64,000 bases of DNA, from the NCBI RefSeq assembly GCF_009914755.1, contig NC_060927.1; one strand, 5' to 3'. How positions within the stretch are numbered: the stretch's first letter is position 1; every line of letters begins with the position of its first letter. The notes under the pieces were generated by a model. The model was not told where the DNA came from, ran no database searches, and was given only the letters and a program-made list of their open reading frames with translations. The DNA is from the human T2T-CHM13v2.0 reference genome, Homo sapiens. Of the stretch, positions 53,765-64,000 are shown piece after piece. The position numbers and the translations under genes are program-made.

Positions 53765-54539
53765 GTGGGCCCCCACCAACAGCTCCATGAGGCAGTGCCC
53801 TGGTGGGGACACTGTGGTGGGGACTGGAATCCACATCTCCCCTAGGCATTGCCTTAGTAGAGTTTCTCTCTAGGGGCTCCACCCCTGTGGCAGGCTTCTG
53901 CCTGGACACCCAGGCTTTTCCATATATCCAGAATCTAGGAGGAAACCATCAAGCCTTCTTCACACTTGCATTCTGAGCACCTGCAGAATTAACACCACAT
54001 GGAAACTGCCAAGACTTATGGATTATACCCTCTAGAACTGCAGCACAAGTTGTACCTGGGCCCCTTTGAGCCAAGGCTGGAGCCAGAACAGCCAGGATGT
54101 GGGGAGCAGTGTTCCTGAGGTTCCACAGAGCAGTGATGTCCTGGATCTGGCCCCTGAAACTATTATTTCCTCCTAAGCCTCTGAGCCTGTGATGGGAGGG
54201 ACTTCCTAGAAGATCCCTGAAACACCTTTGAGGCCTTTTTCCCATTGTCTTGGCTGTTAGCACTTGGCTCCCATTTAGTCATGCTAATCTCTCTAGCAAG
54301 TGGTTATTCTGCAGCCTGCTTGTGTTTCTCTCCTGAAAGTGTTTTTCTTTCTCTGCCACATGGCAAGGCTACAAATTTTCCAAACTTTTACAGTCTGCTT
54401 CCCTTTTAAATGTAAGTTCCAACTTTAAGTCATTTCTTTGCTCCTGCATCTGATTGTGGGTGATTAGAAGCAGCCAGGGCACATCTTGAATGCTTTGTTG
54501 CTTAGAAATTTCTTCTGCCAGATATTCTAGGTCATCATT

Positions 54540-54841
<302 letters not shown>

Positions 54842-55431
54842 GTCATCACTCTTAAGTTCAAACTCCCACAGACCCCTAGGGCATGAACACAATAAAGCCA
54901 AGCTCTTTGTTAGGGCATAACATGAGTAACCTGTACTGCAGTTCCCAACAGTTTCCCCATTTCCATCTGAGACCTGATCAGCCTGGACTTTACTGTCAAT
55001 ATCTCTATCAGCATTTTGGTCACAACCATTTAACCAGCCTTGAAGCAGTTCCAAACCTTCTCTCATCTTCCTGTCTTCTTCTGAGCCCTCCAAACTCTTC
55101 CAACCTCTGCCTGTGACCCAGTTCCAAAGCCATTTCTACATCTTCAAATATCTTTATAGCTACACCCCACTCATCAGTACCAATTTTCTGTATCAGTCCA
55201 CTTTCGCATTACTATAAAGGTATACCAGAGACTGGGCAATTTATAAAGAACAGAGGTTTAACTGGCTCACGGTTCTGCTGACTATACAAGCGTAGCACCA
55301 ACATCTATTCAGCTTCTGGTGAGGGCTTCAGGAACTTTTGGTTATGGCAGAAGGCAAAGTGGGAGCAGGCACATCACATGGTGACAGTGGAAGCAGTAGC
55401 TTATCTATTTACTTTTTAAAACTTCTTCACT

Positions 55432-55580
55432 TGGCTGAGCAAGGTGGCTTAGGCCTGTAATCCCAGCACTTTGGGAGGCTGAGGTGGGAAGACTGCTTGA
55501 GCCCAGGAGTTCAAGACCAGCCTTGGGCAACACAGTGAGATCCTATCCCTAATTAAAGAAAAAAAATTAATAAAAAAAAG
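55432..55580 (+). mobile_element. FLAM-like Alu monomer
   Basis: Left-monomer motifs plus A-rich tail. Confidence 0.85.
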
Positions 55581-55843
55581 AAAACCCCTCCACTAGACTG
55601 ACAGGAAGGATCTATGTGCCTCATGATCCCATCCTCAAAGCCTAGCATGGTACCATTATAGTTATTCAGTGAGTACAGAAAGGGTGAATTAATCTTAGCT
55701 CCACTACTAATTAGTTATTTGCAAGTAGCTACTAAGCTCAATTTCAGAAACTGTAAAATAGGGTTATAAATTGGAGCAAATATGCAGACTGAGTACATAC
55801 ACTAGCCTGCCTTTCCTGCCCTAAATCCTGAAAAAGACAAAAA

Positions 55844-55872
55844 AATTAAATTAAATTAAATTAAATTAAATT
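55844..55872. repeat. (AAATT)n microsatellite
   Basis: Directly visible. Confidence 0.85.
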
Positions 55873-56246
55873 GGAGCAATAACCAGGAAACTTAACTGAC
55901 ATAATATATTTAAAGTTCCTGGTACTCTAGAAGTATTATGCAAAATTGGTAACAATAGATAACACTGGGAATGGGATCACAGGCTGGGGGCCATGGGTGG
56001 AAGAGTCTAACTTTAGCATCCTTCATAACCCTTGGACACGTATGGGCTTCTAAAGAAAACCACATAAATTAAAAAAGAAAGCCGTGCCCAATACACACTG
56101 GGCATTTAACAAAGGTGAGTTTTCTTCGTAGGTAACAAGCCCAATACAACTGGTTAGCACCAACACCAGGACTGAAACACAGGACTCCAAGTCTTTGCAG
56201 TCTTTCTACGGAGCAGTGATTGTTTTGGATAAAATGACAGCCCAAG

Positions 56247-57325
56247 GTGCCATTGCAAGCTGCAGCTGCAATCGGTGCGGTAGGCCCAGAGTTTTTGTTC
56301 TTAATTTCATTTCATTTGGAGCTAAGAGGACTAATTTGATGATTTTCAATCTCTTCTCCCCTGTCCTGATTTTAAAAGCCTTTCTTTTTTTTTCTTTTCT
56401 TTTTTTAGGCATATGTAGTAACATTATAATTTAAATCTAATTTAATTTGGGAAACGATGATTCTTAAAAGAGAAAGTAAAGCATGTGAATAAACTTTGAA
56501 GTGTTCACCTTAGTTTGGGACCAAACTGCCTGGATCTTTGTGAAAATCGGTTTTGTATGTCAAGGAGGAGTTTAAGGCCTTTCCGATCACCTGTGTTCCC
56601 CTTTTCTGTGCAGCCATGTATCACGTGGAGTTGCTCCTAACCACACCTCACGTGCCCCTGAGCCCTATTTCCTAATTTCTTCTGGGCTGGACTTCCCATT
56701 CTCCACCGGCAGCTCCAGTATCCCAAACTTTCTAGTCCTGCTGATCCTCCCAGCAATGGGGTGGAAACTGGAGGGCAGTGTCTGGTCTGTTTTCTAAGAA
56801 ACGTATGAATTCTATTATCTTTACAAATATAACATGATAAAATATTTTTTTCAATGTTTTTTATTTATCTTTTTATAAAATGAAACTCCTATGATCGATT
56901 AAGGAAGGCAGTTATGGCTGGGTGGTTCATGGGGTTTTTTGGAGTTTCTTTGGTTAGTTTTGCTTTCTTTTTTGTCTTTTTAACCGTAAGCTGTTTAAGT
57001 TGAAGCGCTCTCAGATGTTTGGGGGGAAACATCCTCTTAAAATGGGCCCTTGTGCTTGCCTTCTGGGGAGGCGGTCCTGAGCAGGGGAATCATAAGGCAT
57101 TTGTGCATATGTTATACGCAGACTGCACCCACCCCTTCCCCCCAGCCTTTGCCTCTTGGGTTGTTGTGCTGCTTTCCCCTTACTTTGCTACATTTCTATA
57201 GTTAAGTTGGTTTTACTTGAATGATTCATGTTTAGGGGGAAAATGAAAATCTCCCTTAAAATTGGTTTCAACTCCTCCTGCAAATAAAATAAATGAAGTG
57301 GCAGATGTAACAAAAAAAAAAAAAA
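56247..57325 (+). pseudogene. Processed retrocopy, THRAP3-like, containing only a short 5' leader plus 3'UTR
   Basis: Flanked by near-identical direct repeats AAAATGACAGCCCAAG (56231-56246) / AAAAAGACAGCCCAG (57321-57335); AATAAA at 57283 and 57288 followed by poly(A) from about 57309; non-repeat UTR-like body. Parent gene assigned from memory. Confidence 0.75.
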
Positions 57326-57599
57326 GACAGCCCAGGCAAGCAGCACCTTCAGCTGACTCCTTCCGTACTCTGTATTTGTCATCTGTGTACCTGTGATGAA
57401 AGGTGATTTGCTGGGCTGATGACAGCAGTCATCAGTCATATTTGTATTATAGAATGGAAAAGTTTGCCATATACTAGCAAGAATAAGCATATGATTCCTC
57501 TTGGTATGTATGAAATGTGCCCTACATTAAACAATGAACACTGTACAAACAATATGCAAGTGTTATGAATGTTGTCTGTCTCAGAATGGCAGGCTGGCT

Positions 57600-57855
57600 C
57601 AATGCAGAGATTCTGGGTTTTGGAGAAAAATTCTACAAATCTTGCTTTTAAATCCCAGTTCAGTCTTTACTAATTTGGTAACCTTAGGTAAGTTACTCAA
57701 CCTCTCTAAGCCTTATTATTATTATTATTATTATTATTATTTTCAGATTCAACATGGTTGTAATAATATTATGGCAAAATTGTTTGGGAAGATTAAATGA
57801 GACCACGTATGTGAAGCATGTAGCAAATAGTAAGCACTAAGAAATAACAACTACT
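57600..57855 (+). mobile_element. MIR containing a (TAT)n microsatellite
   Basis: aaatcccagttc...accttaggtaagttactcaacctctctaagcc(tta)n...gattaaatgaga. Confidence 0.7.
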
Positions 57856-58821
57856 GTGATTCTTTGACTTTCAAAAAGCAGCTTTTCTTGACTTTACTCT
57901 TGAAACCAAAAAAAAAAGGAGTATCAGACACATCCTGATTGGCAAATGGATTTTTCCATCTATGAAATAACAAGTAGGATCAGTTCTCCTTTGACCATAG
58001 AGGCAAAAAATCAGTTTAAGAAATTTTAGTTTTGACTATTGCTTACCAGAATGACCACTGCATTTCTGAGACTGCAAGGCTGTTGATTCTGTTTTGTTGT
58101 GAGACTGGCCACAGGCCCACACAGTCTAGGCCTACTCGAATATCTGCCTGAGTTGCCTTTCCTGAAGTCAGTTCTGCCAGGAAGGTATCAGTTGTGGGGA
58201 TTCTTTCTTTGGCACATAAAATTGGGGTTAAAGATGTAGAAAGTGTTAACATTTACTATGGAGTTAATTCCTTGCTTATCTTGTTACTCTCCACCCCACA
58301 TACAGCCCACCCTAAGTCCAAATCTCCACGTCTTACTCTACAGAAAGAAGGCTGAATATAAAGTCTCCTACCAAAATAGATACTGAATGTACATGTCTTC
58401 TCATTATGGAGATTTTAGTCACTCTGAGGTTTCTCTCTTGAGAGTCGCCAGGATGTGAGCTGAAATGAGTCAATATAAGGCCTTGTGTTTGGGAGTCTCT
58501 GGTGTTGTAGAGGAGTGTGTCATAAAGTGGGAGCCTGGATTTCAGAGTCCATCTGGAGCACACATGTTGTTTACATCTATAATGACATAAAAGGTGATGA
58601 ACAACCCAAAAGGGTTTTGCCAACAAACAGAAATATTTACCACACAACAGTTATGACAGCCAAAATATTAAAACCCAGTTAGAAATTAAATGAACACATT
58701 TACAAAGCTATTCTCAGGCACATTACTTTATCTTAGATTTCTTAGATTTGGGATTCTGGCACAGAAAATCTAATTTTTCAGAAAAAAAGTATTACATTAA
58801 GAATATCTCCTCCCCACCCTC

Positions 58822-59238
58822 ATTTTGGTTTGGATGTTTATACCCTCCAAGTCTCATGTTGAAATGTGACCTCCAGTGTTGGAGGTGGGCCTCTTGGGAG
58901 GTGTTTGCGTCATGGGGGTGGATCCTTCATAAGAGGGTTGGTGCTGTCCTCGACATAATGAGTGAGTTCTCACTCTATGAGTTCACAAGAGATCTGGTTG
59001 TTTAAAACAAGCCTAGCAATTCCTCACTGTCTCTTTTGCTCCCTCTTTGCCATGTGACACATCAGCTCCCCTTCACCTTCTGCCATGATTGGAAGCTTCC
59101 TGAGTCCCCATCAGAAGCAGATGCTGGCGCATGCTTCTCATCCAGCCTGTGGAACCATGAGCCAAAATAAACCTCTTTACCTTATAAATCACCAAGCTTG
59201 AGTATTCCTTTATAGCAACACAAGAATGGACTGATAAA
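58822..59238 (+). mobile_element. MST-family solo LTR
   Basis: ggtttggatg...tctcatgttgaaatgtga...aataaacctcttt...cctttatagcaacacaagaatggact. Confidence 0.85.
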
Positions 59239-59241
59239 CCT

Positions 59242-59391
59242 CTGAGATGGGCTTTCCTTCTGTCACCAAGGCTGGAGTGCAGTGGCATGATCATGGCTCA
59301 TTGCAGCCTTGAACTTCTGAGCTCAAGCAATCCTCCCACCTCAGCCTCCCAAAATGCTGAGATCACAGGCATGAGCCACCATGCCTGGCCA
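59242..59391 (-). mobile_element. Alu monomer (FRAM/FAM-like)
   Basis: gctggagtgcagtggcatgatcatggctca...gagccaccatgcctggcc. Confidence 0.85.
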
Positions 59392-59399
59392 AGAATATC

Positions 59400-60680
59400 T
59401 TTTTAAAAATGCTGATTAAAGATGGCTGATTGAACAAATGTGTTTACCCCCAAACCTCTATTAAATTAAAAATAAAAGGATTTTAACAAATTAAAAGGGG
59501 GAGAAAATAATGACAGCAACAAAATTTTAAGAGCTGAAAAATAGGATACTTTGCATATCACGTAACAAACTAAGAAGGCTAAATTCTAAATCAGCACAGG
59601 GGAAACCAAGAAGCAAGCCATTTCCCAGGGTAGGCTACCCCAAAAGCCTCCCTCCCAAATGCAGTTTAGTGACTGCTGCAGAAGATATAACAGAGGGTCT
59701 CTAAGCCAGAGCTAGGACACTAGGCACGATAAAGACTGGGAATATTATGCTGAAAGCAGACAGATTTGGAAAAAGGCTTATATAATGAAGCACTATTCTC
59801 AGTCCAAATTCAACCTCCAGAACAGAGGCAGCCAGCATAAGGAACCATTCTAGGAAGGAGAGGAGACATTTACCTTCTAGAAAACTTGCTCAGACCAAGA
59901 AAAAAGACCTAAAGACAAGGACATCCCCCTCCCATAGAAATGGCCCAGACTGATCATTCTAAAGACAAAAGGTAACAAGCTTCATCCATGGCACAGAGGT
60001 GCCCATTAGCTCTAAAATACAAGTGAAGGGCCAGAATTATCAGACATCTGAAAAAAGCCTCTACCAAAGAAGAGAGAGACAGAACACACAAAAGTTAAAA
60101 AAAAAAAAACAACAACAACAAACAACGAAAAACAAAACAAAACAAAAACTAGAGAGGAAACAAAGTCTTGAGAATATGCAGGGAAATAAAAGCTTTTAAA
60201 AAAGCTAATAATATCTTCAGAGAAGTAAAAAGATGTTATAAGAATAGGATGAAATAAAAAGAACAAAAAATAACTCTTAGAAATTTGAAATATAATAATG
60301 GAATTTTAAAACTTAGACAGTTTATATGATAAAGTTGAGAAACTAGGAAAATAAAGCTAAAAGACAAAGAAAAGGACAATAGGAAAGAAAAAACAATCAG
60401 AGGATCAGTCTACAAGGTACAATATTTCAATAAACAGGAGTTCCAGAAAGAAAGAGAACAGAAAAATTGATGGGGAGGAGCTCATAATAAATCAATAATT
60501 CAAGATTTCAAAAACCAAAGGATGTGAGCTGCCAGATTGATAGCGCCCCCAAAATACCTAGACAATGGATGAAAATAGACCATTGTGAAATGTCAGACCC
60601 TTAGAAATAGGAGAAAATCCAACAAGCTTTCAGAAGGAAAAAGCAGGTATCAAGACCAAGAATTCAAATGTCAGAAAACA
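59400..60680 (+). mobile_element. Old L1 5'/ORF1 fragment
   Basis: aaagatggctgattg start; ORF1-like agaggatcagtc...aggagttccagaaagaaagagaacaga. Confidence 0.6.
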
Positions 60681-61159
60681 ATATGAGATAGTAATCATGA
60701 ACTTGTAGTTGTACAAGAGACAAGATGCCATTTTCAGTTTCTACAAAATAAAGTGAAACAGTAGGTAGAACTTTAAAGTAACACTTAGGGGGAGAAACCC
60801 TGATTCCAAAACATATATCTGTTGGGCAGGAAATTGAAAGCAAATGCTCAGTGTTTTGGAGTTGGATTGCAAAATAGATTATAGCAGGGATTTCTTCTTA
60901 ATCCTTATATATCAACAAAACCACAGTAAGAATAGCTAACCTGGACAACTAATCATTAAGCACTGAAAACATATATTAGCTTGTGCACTCCTCATGACAA
61001 TTCCAACTGGCAAAAATAGTTATAATTTTCAAAATGAAGTTATGCTAATTAAGTAATTTTCTCAAAGTTTCATATAATTGGGTAAGAGGAGGAGCTAGAA
61101 TTCAAACTCCAAAATCTGTTTATTTAACTACTATGCCACACAGCCCTGAAAAATAATGT

Positions 61160-61986
<827 letters not shown>

Positions 61987-63109
61987 TAAAACACTATTTT
62001 ATGAACTTTTTAGAATAGAATATCTTGCTGAGCTGGCAGGACTTCTAGGAAACCTTTTAAGAAAAGGAAGGTCTCAGTGATACATATACAAAACAAAGCA
62101 GCAATATTTCAGTTTTAGCTGGACTACCACTCAATTGCTCCGTGGTATTAGTGCCAAAACTACAATAAGGTTTTGCGCAAGACTTTTATAAGTTGGTCTG
62201 ACAGCCATTTTTATTTACACAAGCCACCCCCCAACCCCAATACTGAATTTTCCATATTAATGTGTTTCCATTGTTCTCAGATGGGCCTTCAGTAACTTTA
62301 GCCCTCTTCCAGATGTTTCCTGACATCAGCATCCAAGATGTGCTGGCCAGCTGTCTTTAAAATTGCGGGAACTCTGTGTTGTGTGCATTAGTTATGCAAA
62401 TGGAAAAGCAAGGACAAGGAGCCAATGTAGAGGATAAAAAAGAACTAGGGGAGGGATTGGCCAGGCTTCACTAGCACATGCAGTGTAGGGAGAAAGCCAA
62501 GACAGCAAGCTGTCTTTGATCAAAGCCCCCAGCAAACTTCACCACCGCTCCCCATGCAGAGGGGTTAGTGTCCTCAGTTTCCAGGCCAGGCCTGGGTTTT
62601 TGGAAGCTTCCTCAGTCTGTTTTGGTGACTTAATAGGGACACATTGAATATTCACAGATTTATCAACTATCTAACCAGTTTCTCCTCTGCTTCCCTTTGT
62701 CAACTAAGAAATATCTTCACGAACAGGAGAACAATTCCCCAAAGTGTAGTCCTCATTAAATTAATAGATGTTTTATGAAAAAAAAGGCAGGGCAGTCACA
62801 TGAGTTTAGGAAAACCTAGGTTTAACAAAATTAAGCAATTCCCTTTCCCAGAACACTCTGAGGGCCTCTGATATATTCATGTGCACTGTGAATATCAGAG
62901 GGAATCATTTCTCAGAGGACTCAGAGCCTACCTAAGGAAATGCTACACTAGAGGCAATGTAGGTTCTCAGCTCCAGTCACCCTTTCAGGAGGCAAACTGA
63001 CTGCCAATTGAATATGTTTGCATGTCCCCAAACATATGTGTCTCTTACTGAACTTGCAATAGTCTCTACCGCCTGCTCAGGCTCCAGCTTCCCCTTTCTG
63101 GGGAAAATT

Positions 63110-63198
63110 TGGTCATACCAATTGGTATGGCCAACAGTATGGTATGGTCATACCAATTGGTATGGCCAACAGTATGGTATGGCCATACCAATACTGTT
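63110..63198. repeat. Palindromic 35-bp tandem duplication with an inverted tail
   Basis: ggtcataccaattggtatggccaacagtatggtat at 63111-63145 and 63146-63180, then ggccataccaatactgtt. Confidence 0.95.
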
Positions 63199-63554
63199 CT
63201 CCTAAACTAGAATTATGGTAATGGTCCTCTGCCTGATTCCTTTGTCCTAACCAGTGCCCTCTCTCGTCTAATCAATCCTGCAGTAAAGGGCTACTTCTTT
63301 GTCTTCCTAGCCTCAGGCCTGTACCCCAGCTCATGACTGGACATTTCTACTTGGTGCACTATAGAACACCGTACCTGGACATGTAAGTGACTGAGTTCAT
63401 GTCTTCCTCACTCAACAGGCATTTTTCCCCAAACTCTCTATTTCTCTCAATAACGCAGACTCACTATGGTCTAAATATGACTGACAACATTTTTTTTCTT
63501 GTTGGTTTTTGTTTGTTTTGTTGGTTGGTTGGTTTTGTTTGCTTGTTGGTTTTT

Positions 63555-64000
63555 TAATTGTGGTAAAATATACCTAATATAACATTTATTATCTTAACCA
63601 TTTTGAAGTGTACAGTTCAGTAGTACTAAGTACATTCACGTTGTACAACCAATCTTCAGATCTCTTTTCATCTTGCAAAACTGAAACTCTATGCCCATTA
63701 AACAACTCCCCATCTCCCCTCAACCCCCACTGCTGCCCTGCTTCTGGTAGCCACCATTCTACTTTCTCTTTCTATGAATTTGACCACTCTAGGTATCTCA
63801 TATAAGTGGAACATACAGTATTTGTCTTTTTGTGACTGACTTACTTCACTTAATATGTCCTCAAGGTTCATCCATATTATAGTGTGTGTCAGAACTTTTT
63901 TCCTTTTTAAGGCAGAATAATATTCTAGCATATGCTATATTTTGTTTATCCATTTGTCTGTTGATGGACACTTAGGTTGATTTCATATCTTGACTATTGT
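63555..64000 (-). mobile_element. L1MB-like 3' end
   Basis: ttgtggtaaaatatac...tttatTatcttaaccattttgaagtgtacagttcagtag...atggacacttaggttg. Confidence 0.85.

Noticed and set aside
56195-56434. CSCNRCGRPR, a zinc-finger-like peptide at the retrocopy start
   Set aside because: Too short, crosses the TSD and junction, and is better explained as a chance translation of a 5'UTR leader.
56290-57310. PCBP2 as parent of the retrocopy
   Set aside because: First impression only; on closer recall the sequence fits the THRAP3 3'UTR and leader better. A BLAST is still needed.
62386-62401. CATTAGTTATGCAAAT as an OCT4-SOX2 composite site
   Set aside because: The octamer is perfect, but the SOX half does not match at the required spacing.
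62865-62901. Hairpin cctctgatatattca...tgaatatcagagg as a pre-miRNA
   Set aside because: Too short, and lies in what looks like a DNA-transposon relic; no other support.
63110-63198. CRISPR-like array interpretation (also considered for 24385-24496)
   Set aside because: No unique spacers, only 2-6 units, eukaryotic context and no cas genes.

Overview
Primate (very likely human, 3q25) genomic DNA covering the 5' end of WWTR1 (TAZ, Hippo pathway co-activator), which is transcribed on the minus strand. The only convincing protein-coding segment is the first coding exon (CDS 12546-12116: TEAD-binding region, phosphodegron, three HxRxxS LATS sites, first half of the WW domain). It sits in a CpG island with a non-coding exon 1, and a CArG/TEAD/AP-1 motif cluster lies upstream. 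Positions 1-12115 are the following intron. The remaining ~50 kb is repeat-dense: more than 40 Alu elements or fragments, a near-full-length L1MA, a twin-primed L1, an MST provirus with a nested THE1 LTR, and MLT1, MIR, L2 and DNA-transposon relics. It also holds a candidate alternative 5'UTR exon (25131-25028). Nearly all other ORFs in the supplied track are Alu/L1/LTR translations. I found no evidence of a novel multi-gene system. The most unusual items are: (1) a TSD-flanked retrocopy that seems to join THRAP3-like exon 1 directly to its 3'UTR with no CDS; (2) a 119-bp piece of the local L1 copied into an LTR about 4 kb away; (3) a WWTR1 leader with an AUG-UGA start-stop element, an in-frame near-cognate extension and a NAGNAG acceptor that sets the Kozak -3 base; (4) several palindromic or template-switch scars; (5) a 22-nt TSD-flanked micro-insertion. 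Gene and repeat-family names are recognised from memory, not from database searches, and repeat boundaries are approximate.
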